A stretch of DNA of 64,000 nucleotides, from assembly GCA_035221665.1 (NCBI GenBank), contig CM069159.1, forward strand, positions 28,892,001 through 28,956,000. Reading direction: 5' to 3'. The notes under the pieces were generated by a model. It searched no databases and was not told the DNA's origin. It worked only from the letters and a program-made list of their open reading frames with translations. Made by a program: the position numbers and the translations under genes. Origin of the DNA: Okamejei kenojei. Its lineage: Eukaryota. Below, piece after piece: positions 41,001 through 47,383 of this stretch (positions are counted from its first letter, which is position 1; every line of letters starts with the position of its first letter).

Positions 41001-42593
41001 TGAAAGCACTGGGATACACTATACATGGTGCTCAATGATTTTAATGCTTTTAAAGTCTTTATTGCTTGCATTTTGCCTGGCTGTATTTAGACTATTTTTA
41101 TCCATTCTATATTACAGAGCGGGATTGCACTTATTTATTAATAAAGTGAAGGAGGAAAATGGTGGCACACTCTCAGGTTTATCTGTGGAGGAGCTGGTGG
41201 GACGAGTCTCTTATTATATTCACCAGGGCACCCATCCAGAAATGGTGAGTATGATTTAGCTGCATTCCTAATCACATCGCAAAATCTAACACTGCACAAT
41301 GCAAGAATATAATAATGTATTACAGTTGTCATCTAACAAGATAGTTGCAAAATATAGTTTTAATTATTTTTGTTGCAGCTACTCCTTTTCCCTTTGAGCT
41401 CATTGATTAGTGAATCTACTGAATCACCCTTGCTTGTGACTTGTTGATCTCACCTGCAGTTGATGTGTAAATACAGCCACACTATACATTGATGTCTCTT
41501 GAACTTTTCCTCTGCTGCAGAATATAATTATCCATCATTAATAATAGAAACGGTATTTAAAACAGCCTGGGTGTGATTAGGCTACCATGCTGGTTGGATT
41601 AATGTTGGATGCATTCATTTAGAGATCCACTCATTTAGAGATCCACTCATTCAGATCCACTCATTTAGAGATAATTATAGCACCAATATAATGCTCGCTC
41701 TATCGTGTTTCTCAGATTTGCAGTGTTGTAATATTAAAATACTATGGATGAAATTTTGTAGAATAAAAATTACTTTAATTTTATGACCCAGGCATTATGT
41801 AATAATTTAACATTTTGATTTGAATGTTTTTAAACTGGTTAATTTTGAGGATATTAATTCTATGGCTGCCAGATTGCATTCATATTTTCAGTTTTTTAAT
41901 AAATATTCAATGCATACAAAGCTGTTAGTTTTGAAACTGCACTCAGCAGCAAAGAGGGATTGACATTCTAATGAAGGCACAAGAGACAGATGCTGGAATC
42001 TGCTGCAAAAAACAACAGCATTTGGAGGAACTTAGTACGCCAGACAGCATCTGTGAAGGGCAATGGCACAAATTAGCAACCTACTATTTGATAGTTAAAA
42101 CTACAGATTTATTGCTGGTTTATTGCACTTTAATTGCTAGGAGCAGTTAAATTGAAATGTATTTTATTCGAAACAGAAATTCATAGTTAATTTATAGCGC
42201 TTGTCTAAAGATCTCTGATAAACATAAACTCTAACAACTTGCCGTTAATAACTTTCAATTAAACTGCTAGAAATTGATGCCTTCATTGTGCAGTTACCAT
42301 AATTGGGCCAGCATAATTGTTTTGGGATGCATTTAAAATTGTCAACAGAATTAACTTTTGCATTTTGTATATCTTTCTTTCAGACATACGCATCTCGAAT
42401 CGATCCATTATCATTTGCGCCCATGAGCCACGAAAATCCTTTCTTCCCCAGTCACCACGCTCCGCATTCTGACCAGTCACGAACAGTGCCGGATGGGTTC
42501 AGCGGTCTTATTCCAGCGAAGGCATCTGCTTCAGGGTTTGAGTTACCTCTCGGAGATTTACTGGAATTGGAAGGCTGTTTTGATGAAATGTAA
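769..42593 (+). CDS. TTC3: TTC3-like (TTC3/DZIP3 family) TPR protein gene, 31 coding exons, 5'-partial, apparently RING-less
   Basis: 31 GT-AG exons join in one phase-consistent frame (4029 nt incl. TAA). Peptides resemble recalled TTC3 motifs: NHLLYEKRSYCYL / AWSDAKRCIVLKP / GHY (TPRs), PGLQTWPGTDTVIEE, ECLCPPRPDAVC, DPDFKGFVRVHC..C.IEYH..CWK, CLTPDCMG, TDPIKPFE, GTLSGLSVEELVGRV. Orthologue versus paralogue is not resolved. Confidence 0.85.
1817..1879 (+). CDS. TTC3: TTC3-like exon (TPR; AFNHLLYEKRSYCYLQLCQY)
   Basis: ttgcag / gtaagt, phase 2 to 2. Confidence 0.9.
2447..2501 (+). CDS. TTC3: TTC3-like exon (TPR; KAWSDAKRCIVLKPHSIE)
   Basis: tcacag / gtatgt, phase 2 to 0. Confidence 0.9.
2748..2913 (+). 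CDS. TTC3: TTC3-like exon (TPR; GHYLFAGAQCGKGWYTRALKANSLG...)
   Basis: cttttag / gtttgt, phase 0 to 1; overlaps ORF 2802-3056. Confidence 0.88.
3127..3571 (+). mobile_element. Penelope-like element fragment (GIY-YIG remnant + 3' repeat)
   Basis: Translates YLYIGKTKQRLGDCFVAH; followed by the recurring GAGATGCTGCCTGACCTGCTGA repeat. Confidence 0.65.
3572..3706. other. Assembly gap (135 N)
   Basis: Run of N. Confidence 1.
3877..3907 (+). CDS. TTC3: TTC3-like 31-nt micro-exon (EKRIGKTESD)
   Basis: gttcag / gtagaa; supplies the required phase 1 to 2 bridge. Confidence 0.7.
4034..4345 (+). mobile_element. tRNA-derived SINE (HE1/V-SINE type)
   Basis: A box TGGCACAGCGG, B box GGTTCAATCC. Confidence 0.75.
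4373..4553 (+). CDS. TTC3: TTC3-like exon, acidic low-complexity segment
   Basis: atctag / gtaagt, phase 2 to 0; within ORF 4350-4640. Confidence 0.82.
5357..5535 (+). mobile_element. Partial HE1-type SINE
   Basis: Similar to the 4034 copy; B box GGTTCAATCC. Confidence 0.6.
7301..7671 (+). CDS. TTC3: TTC3-like exon, Ser/Asp-rich segment
   Basis: tttcag / gtaaag, phase 0 to 2; contains most of ORF 7316-7675. Confidence 0.82.
8170..8281 (+). CDS. TTC3: TTC3-like exon (RVMLKEVEQV...EMSSK)
   Basis: ttacag / gtagga, phase 2 to 0. Confidence 0.8.
8972..9085 (+). mobile_element. CR1-type LINE RT fragment
   Basis: RPVSLTSLVGKLLETI motif. Confidence 0.65.
10744..11050 (+). repeat. 48-bp tandem repeat, about 6.5 copies, inside the Helitron
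   Basis: GCAGGG/GCATGG anchor at 10753, 10801, 10849, 10897, 10945, 10993, 11041. Confidence 0.92.
11395..11540 (+). repeat. About 47-bp tandem repeat, about 3 copies
   Basis: gccaaagcacccaagccaccatttgcagtagtgcctttt repeated, third copy degenerate. Confidence 0.8.
12718..12837 (+). CDS. TTC3: TTC3-like exon (VEEKLLKCKLKEASEALMASNFRNAQENYLHALKLIKEKK)
   Basis: ttgcag / gtaagt, phase 0 to 0; TPR-like helices. Confidence 0.88.
13071..13110 (-). ncRNA. Minimal hammerhead ribozyme motif in a Penelope-derived repeat
   Basis: Minus strand: agt CTGAAGA a GGGTC-TC-GACCC GAAAC GTC acc = core CUGANGA, stem II, GAAA, palindromic ACGU stem III, GUC cleavage triplet. Confidence 0.7.
14454..14534 (+). CDS. 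TTC3: TTC3-like exon (VYNLTTMEYILIEYACGLAFLGNNLIQ)
   Basis: ttacag / gtgtga, phase 0 to 0. Confidence 0.85.
15234..15355 (+). CDS. TTC3: TTC3-like exon (DVLEAERHFKNIF...CLSYYGLSRVHIRWN)
   Basis: ttttag / gtatgt, phase 0 to 2; TPR. Confidence 0.88.
15682..15808 (+). CDS. TTC3: TTC3-like exon (YKEARSSV...PGLQTWPGTDTVIEETRDGVLK)
   Basis: ttctag / gtaagg, phase 2 to 0; PG-x-x-TWP motif as recalled for TTC3. Confidence 0.88.
18028..18362 (+). mobile_element. tRNA-derived SINE (HE1/V-SINE type)
   Basis: Same head/body/tail as other copies. Confidence 0.75.
18492..18617 (+). CDS. TTC3: TTC3-like exon (DLLNSLLKECLCPPRPDAVCLYRFC...SDPDFK)
   Basis: atctag / gtatgg, phase 0 to 0. Confidence 0.92.
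19182..19283 (+). CDS. TTC3: TTC3-like exon (GFVRVHCSYDCHIEYHLYCWKRCKIKEFQDKIEK)
   Basis: ctatag / gtaagt, phase 0 to 0; Cys/His-rich TTC3 domain. Confidence 0.92.
19695..19781 (+). CDS. TTC3: TTC3-like exon (DILGLDCLTPDCMGCIWKVDIFQDSRQKT)
   Basis: ttgcag / gtgagt; CLTPDCxG motif. Confidence 0.92.
20449..20516 (+). CDS. TTC3: TTC3-like exon (IEGSKSKENKSGRNTANKQTGN)
   Basis: ttgcag / gtaagt, phase 0 to 2. Confidence 0.75.
21121..21862 (-). mobile_element. Rex1/Babar-type LINE 3' fragment
   Basis: Minus strand KKAQQRLYFLRRLKKAHLSPQNLSNFYRCTIESILT; short-repeat tail with ACAATAAA. Confidence 0.78.
22471..22559 (+). CDS. TTC3: TTC3-like exon, Lys-rich (LNLKKIARKKEKKHQHP...)
   Basis: gtttag / gtgagt, phase 2 to 1. 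Confidence 0.75.
23562..23599 (+). CDS. TTC3: TTC3-like 38-nt exon (DAPNKKPDQSELK)
   Basis: atatag / gtaaag, phase 1 to 0. Confidence 0.7.
24539..24580 (+). CDS. TTC3: TTC3-like 42-nt exon (DETLGARKKEVKIK)
   Basis: caacag / gtagtt, phase 0 to 0 (symmetric, could be optional). Confidence 0.65.
25680..26188 (+). mobile_element. Unclassified non-coding interspersed repeat with Rex1-like TGACAATAAA tail
   Basis: Shares blocks (ATGTATGTTTTAGT, TATCGTATCTCTGT, TGGCGGCCT, GGGACTGACC) with 31652-32015. Confidence 0.55.
26561..26607 (+). CDS. TTC3: TTC3-like 47-nt exon (KNVGPPNEWIKNDKT)
   Basis: long pyrimidine tract + tttcag / gtaaga, phase 0 to 2. Confidence 0.72.
27080..27365 (+). mobile_element. 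CR1/HER1 LINE 3' end
   Basis: FRTEMRKSFFTQRVVNLWNSLP, 3' UTR and (TCTATGTT)n tail. Confidence 0.8.
28015..28171 (+). CDS. TTC3: TTC3-like exon (YLEEAAAKVHENSC...DNLSIN)
   Basis: tttcag / gtgagt, phase 2 to 0; overlaps ORF 28019-28240. Confidence 0.78.
28778..29124 (+). mobile_element. 5'-truncated retroposon insertion with 13-bp TSD
   Basis: ATTCTACTACTTG at 28765-28777 and 29125-29137; AATAAA and A-rich tail. Confidence 0.7.
28938..29005. repeat. (TA)n microsatellite, about 34 units
   Basis: Direct reading. Confidence 0.97.
30219..30281 (+). CDS. TTC3: TTC3-like exon (NVKTCDAAVLTDPIKPFESKE)
   Basis: tcatag / gtaaaa; resembles the TTC3/DZIP3 motif preceding the coiled coil. Confidence 0.85.
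30900..31049 (+). CDS. TTC3: TTC3-like exon, coiled coil (RTFMILYHEKAQLL...FNEK)
   Basis: ttgcag / gtagtg, phase 0 to 0. Confidence 0.85.
31652..32015 (+). mobile_element. Second copy of the same unclassified repeat (5' part, CpG-rich)
   Basis: Similarity to 25680-26188. Confidence 0.55.
33289..33428 (+). CDS. TTC3: TTC3-like exon, coiled coil (KLRDELSIVKTQL...NNLE)
   Basis: taatag / gtatga, phase 0 to 2. Confidence 0.85.
34087..34143 (+). CDS. TTC3: TTC3-like exon (NKKTLPEIDAEIQKIRGR)
   Basis: tttcag / gtattc, phase 2 to 2. Confidence 0.72.
34299..34395 (+). CDS. TTC3: TTC3-like exon (EKQASDKKKLQKLC...ANRLLSVQ)
   Basis: tttcag / gtattt, phase 2 to 0. Confidence 0.83.
35113..35435 (+). 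mobile_element. tRNA-derived SINE (HE1/V-SINE type)
   Basis: B box AGTTCGATCC; same body. Confidence 0.72.
35969..36072 (+). CDS. TTC3: TTC3-like exon (TKILEWKKHTKLYYLNRLHQEAVENV...)
   Basis: ctacag / gtaagt, phase 0 to 2. Confidence 0.85.
36280..36900 (+). mobile_element. CR1-type LINE 3' fragment with nested Penelope-derived insert
   Basis: ERVQRFTRMLPGL, 3' UTR and tail; insert at 36436-36578. Confidence 0.75.
37521..37608 (+). CDS. TTC3: TTC3-like exon (RTHSPEVVTSCDMWEKRLKGIQGQITLIK)
   Basis: ttaaag / gtgagc, phase 2 to 0. Confidence 0.83.
38344..39056 (+). CDS. TTC3: TTC3-like large Pro/Ser-rich exon ending SSYHAVMEQLFFKFPTIS
   Basis: tttaac branch-like site + tattttgctcag acceptor / gtaagt donor, phase 0 to 2; contains most of ORF 38395-39060. 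Confidence 0.82.
39356..40056 (-). mobile_element. Rex1/Babar-type LINE 3' fragment, interrupted by a short insertion
   Basis: ORF 39640-39948 (-): LSNLYRCTVESMLTGCIVAWFGNLSAQERKGLQKVVNTAQSIIG. Confidence 0.8.
40172..40435 (-). mobile_element. tRNA-derived SINE (HE1/V-SINE type), well preserved
   Basis: Reverse strand reads A box TGGCGCAGTGG and B box GGTTCGATCCC. Confidence 0.8.
40555..40732 (+). mobile_element. CR1-type LINE 3' UTR fragment
   Basis: Similar to 27200-27360. Confidence 0.6.
41118..41244 (+). CDS. TTC3: TTC3-like exon (AGLHLFINKVKEENGGTLSGLSVEELVGRVSYYI)
   Basis: ttacag / gtgagt; TTC3/DZIP3/RNF214 LSGLS helical motif. Confidence 0.9.
41615..41672. repeat. 16-bp tandem repeat (TCATTTAGAGATCCAC), about 3.5 copies
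   Basis: Direct reading. Confidence 0.85.
42384..42593 (+). CDS. TTC3: TTC3-like putative last coding exon (TYASRIDP...LEGCFDEM*)
   Basis: ctttctttcag acceptor, phase 0, TAA at 42591-42593; no RING motif. Confidence 0.72.
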   Translation, partial: TYASRIDPLSFAPMSHENPFFPSHHAPHSDQSRTVPDGFSGLIPAKASASGFELPLGDLLELEGCFDEM

Positions 42594-44959
42594 AACCACA
42601 GAAACAAATTCACAATCTAGATGTATTGTTGTAAGTTTTTGTAAGTATTGTTGTAAGTTGCATGTGATGTTAATCGCTCAAATTATCAAAGCAAAAACGA
42701 CAGACTTTTTCCACCTGCACTCAGATAATGTTGTGAATTAAGTGAAAGTAGAGTGTTGATTCGATCTCAAACATGGTCCTGATATCCTCCGAATTATAAT
42801 TGAACCATTCCTTTCTGTAAAGCCTGTTCTGTGGACTGTTCGTACAGAAGTTGCATCCTTGGTTCCACCAAACCTTGATTTGGTATTGATTTATTTTTGT
42901 CGCATGGGCTAAGATACAGTAAACAACGGGTTTTTACCCAATGTTTCAAAAACGATTAAAAATCCAGAACTACTTTTTAATGTGAGAGATAATGATCATT
43001 GGGCAATGTAGAAACAAGGATCTGCTGATGCTGTTTTATATTAAAGACAAAATGCTGGAGTAACTGGGTTACGCCATGTCACTGGGAAACACCGGGCAAG
43101 CTGGCCCTCATAGAATGTGAAAGAACCATTTCACAGATTACAGCCAAACACATGATAAGATAGTGATGATGCTATTAGTTAGGTGGGGTCGTGGGTGTGG
43201 ATTAATCAGATGATCAGTGATTTTTGTTTCATTTTTGATAGTTGAGATAAAATTAGAGCCACTTGCAAGAGGTGCAAAATATAACCACCTATTTTTGGCT
43301 AACTCTCATTACAAGTCACTCTGGCAACCACTCAAAGGAGCTCTAATTACTACCCTTGTTTGTATTTTGCATGCAGCTTCCTGTAAATTTAAATGTGTAC
43401 GGTTCTTTTTCATTATGAATATATTTTCAATAATTTGCTGGTGGATTCTGTTCCCATTTGTGCAGGAAATCAGTTCTGCCTGTGGGTTTTTGCAAGTTGC
43501 TTACAGTCCAGCTCCCACACACATGGCAATGCGAATGATGCAATCACTCTCCACCCCCTCCAATTGTATCATTTTTATCTCTTCTTGCTGCAAATCCAAG
43601 AAATGATTCCATCTCAAACCATACCATCTTCTCAAGGGAAGATCATGTTTGATGCTTTATGGTAGTGTTTTAATGGAGAAAGATCTGGGATTGTAAGCAT
43701 TTTCAAACACAGATGAACAGATTTCACTGCAACTATATGAGCAAGTACATTTCCAAAGGGTTTGGTGGAATCAAGGCTGCTATTTCCCTGTGGATAGCCA
43801 AACACTGGGTTTATTTTCTGCAGCTCAGAATGTGGAACTGCCATGCAGGTCAAGCAGTATCTGTAGAAAAATAAATAACGTTAATGTTTCTGGTTGAAGA
43901 CTTTTCATCAGAACTCACTGACGCAGGAGTATTCTGGTGATCTGATGGAAAATATCAACTTTATTTTGGGTAACTTTGGTTTATCGACTGCATATGAATA
44001 CAAATATTTCCACATCTGACATTTTACAAACTGTTCTAAAATGTTTTAATTATCCAGCATTCCAACATAAGAATCATTGTGGTACAATGCCAACTGCAAA
44101 TGTTGAAGATATAAACTTCAAGTAAAACTCCAGACCTTCAAGGTATTCACCAATATGAATTAAAATCAAAGATAAGATCCCTGCTTCCGTGCCCCTTCAT
44201 GGTACTATATAAATTCCTACACATTCAGCCATCGTGTGAAAATTCTGATTAATGCTGCAAACACAATCTATCATTAAGATGGCAGAAATGGGAGAGGTTT
44301 GGCACAAAGTCTTAGGGCGATGGCAAAAAATGTTCTATCCTTTCTCGTTGAAAAGAGGAGTAACTCATTGATACAGATTTATTATTGTCACGTGGTACCG
44401 AGAGAGAGTAAAAAGATTAATGTGCTATCCAGTCAAATTATACTGTCCATGAGTACAATCAAGTTACACATGAGGGACTCTTGAGCAAGAGACTGGGGAT
44501 TGGAGCTGGTGACATAATGTTCATTGCTCCTTTTAGGATTTTGGGGTGAGGATTTGTTCACGTTCTCCAACTTCAAGTTTTGTTTACATTTCACAAAAAC
44601 TTCCACTTTTAGAAAACATAAAGTTGACCAATAACAATATACATGAAGAAACATCATGTCAAAATTCTCTCTTGCTTTGGAATGATTCCACGAGGGAGAT
44701 GGATATGAGATGTAGGTCTGACATCTATTCAAACATCTAAACCTTGAAACTAACTTGTTTTGTGAAATTTAATCAACATTCCTGTGATTGTTCTTGGGGT
44801 GGAGATAGATGTGGGTGGGAGAGCGGAAGCGTTGAGATCTGTAGTGGACCAGGAGATGGTGGCCTGAGGGTTCAGCTGGGATGGAAGGCAAGCACCAGCT
44901 CAAGAACTTCTTAGTCCTTGTTCCTCTCTAGTGGAGGAACCAGTTCCCACGATGGCCTT

Positions 44960-45800
44960 ATCGAGGGGAGGAAGTCCTCCTGCACTACGCGCCCTGTCCT
45001 CCAGCTCAGCCGGCGGCGCTGCAGACGAGGTCCCCAAGGACAGTGAGCTGCAGATTGACACAAAAATGCTGGAGTACCTCAGCGGGTTAGGCAGTATCTG
45101 GAGAGAAGGAATGGGTGACGTTACGGGTCGCGACCCTTCTTCGGACCAGAGTGTTCTTGTTCCACGGGGGATGCGGTCGTCCTGCACCAGGTCCTCCAGG
45201 CGCTGCGGATGCGGCCGTCCTGCACCATGTCCAGGTCCTCCAGGCCAGTGTGCGGCGCTGCGGATGCGGTCCTCCTGCACCATGTCCTAGTCCTCCAGGC
45301 CAGTGTGCGGCGCTGCGGATGCGGTCCTCCTGCACCATGTCCTGGACCTCAGGCCAGTGTGCGGCGCTGCGGATGCGGCCCTCCTGCACCATCTCCTGGT
45401 CCTCCAGGCCAGTGTGCGGCGCTGCGGATGCGGTCCTCCGGCACCATGTTCTGGATCTCAGGCCAGCGGGTGGCGCTGCGGATGCGGTCCTCCTGCACCA
45501 TGTCCTGGTCCTCCAGGCCAGTGTGCGGCGCTGCGGATGCGGTCCTCCTGCACCATGTCCTGGTCCTCCAGGCCAGCGGGTGGCGCTGCGGCGCGGGTTG
45601 CCCTGCACGGCTGAGGTTCAGTCGGCGGCCGACACTCGGCGTGAGGGTCCGCGTTTTCCCGTCGTCCGGCGGCAAGGCCGCAGCTGCGGACCGCGGCGAA
45701 GGCGTGATGCCGGGGCTGGACCCGGACCCGGACCAGGCCCGGCGGCTGAGCCAGGCGCCGCTGGTGCTGCAGAGAAAGTGGCTGGGCCTCGGGCTGCTTC
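44960..45800. promoter_or_regulatory. CpG-island-like region over the likely SNX19 promoter/5' UTR
   Basis: Abrupt rise in GC and CpG against the AT-rich background, spanning the start codon; TSS not determinable from sequence. Confidence 0.6.
45168..45595 (+). repeat. GC-rich minisatellite, 54/55-bp unit, about 7 copies, upstream of the SNX19 ATG
   Basis: CAGGCC anchor recurs at 45241, 45296, 45350, 45405, 45459, 45514, 45569. Confidence 0.92.
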
Positions 45801-47383
45801 TGCTGGCCTGCCTCTTGCTCCAACTGCTGCTCAACATCTGGTTGCTATGCGCCTGGGTGCTGCTGCTGTTGCTAGGGGGCTGGCTCGGGTCACAGCTGGT
45901 GCTCAGTCCCTCCAGCCTGGTGCATCTGGAGAGGTTCCTCAGCCTGGAGCCCTGGCCCATCCAACCCAACTCCCGGCAGCGCCTAGCCCTGGAGGTGGAG
46001 GGCACCATCAGTAAGATCATCAGGGACTTTGTCAGCTGCTGGTACCAGACAGTGAGTCAGGAGCCAGAGTTTGTAGAGGAGGTGCAGGCTGCCATGCGTG
46101 CCATGGCACTGGAACTGCAGAAGAGGATGGAGGGGGTGGACAGGAAAGCGCTGGCACAGAATGTGCTCCTGCTCTCCGGCTGCCACCTGGAGGTGTACAT
46201 GAGGGCAAAGAGGGCAACCTGTGAGAGGACCGCCCGCCAAGATGCTCACTCCACGTGGAAGACGTATTGCAAACTGTGCCAGCCTCACATTGCCTTGCAG
46301 AGCCCGGCAACTGAAGCGAATTACGCACGTGGCATTGTTGATTTGCTGCTGCATGTACTGGTGCCCTTTCCCAACCTAGAAACACGGACTGGAAGGTTTG
46401 TCGTGAGGGAGCTGATCATGTGCAATGTGCTTCTGCCCCTTATAAGAAAAATGTCAGACCCAGATTGGATAAATGGTATAATAATAGAAATATTCACAAA
46501 GTCCAGCAAAAAGACTGTTGATGTGATGGAGGAGCCACTGCCTTTGGAGGTACCAACTTCTCTACTCTTGAAACCCCAAAAAGAGACAATTGATGAAAGA
46601 TTACCATCTCCGAAAGTTACCGATTCTCTCGGTAATGATGTTGTTGATAGTTTGGAACGTAATATGGAGGAGACTAGTGCATCCGAAGATGGGATTGGGA
46701 TTAAATCAAATGATAAAGTTGATAAATCTTCGGAAAATATAAGCTGTCGCTCTGATTACCAAAGACCGGATAAATTAAACCTTTTCTATTCATGTGAGGA
46801 ATTTGAACCGGAATCTCCCCTTTCTGCTATGAGAAAAGATTCCACTGAATCTTTAATATTGTTGATGACTGATGAACTGGCTGTGGACAGGTTGTCTCCA
46901 ACAGAATTAACTAATGTTTCAGATGCAGCAGAAGATGCAAGCAGTGACGAACTAGTCATTGGAGAATCCACACTTTTGGATGCAGATGCTATCTTGCCCA
47001 CATTTGACCAAAATCCAATTTCTCCGGGGCTTGAGCGTGTTATCAATGAAAGTGATGTAAAAGAAGAGACTTTAGCTAAATTAGAGAACTCCACATTCGC
47101 TCTGGCTCATGAGACTATCCGAATTCTTTCCAGACAACATTCATTTCAGGAAAAAGAACCTGTTCCAGCAGATGGTTCAACCTGCAACTCCTTAGAGGTT
47201 GTGTCTACGGCGCCTACACAGACATCATCTCCTACATCAGTGAGTCTGCCCAGTTACAGCTTTGAACCAATTTGCAGTCCGGATACACCCGTGGTAATTC
47301 ACAATCTACGGATCAGTGGAACAATCACAGCAAAAGAACACAGAGGAGGGGGATTTCATCCTTACACATTATATACCATCAAG
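45707..47383 (+). CDS. SNX19: SNX19 exon 1 coding part (559 codons)
   Basis: Within ORF 45209-47401. ATG 45707 (gtgATGc) chosen because it lies about 25 aa before the TM segment, as recalled for human SNX19. Ends at AAG|gcaagt. Confidence 0.9.

Noticed and set aside
45168-45595. CRISPR-like appearance of the 55-bp (and 48-bp) arrays
   Set aside because: Units are contiguous with no unique spacers, and the context is vertebrate
44900-46385. Several overlapping ORFs on both strands around the SNX19 start
   Set aside because: Explained by the GC-rich, stop-poor minisatellite and the antisense of SNX19 exon 1; not independent genes
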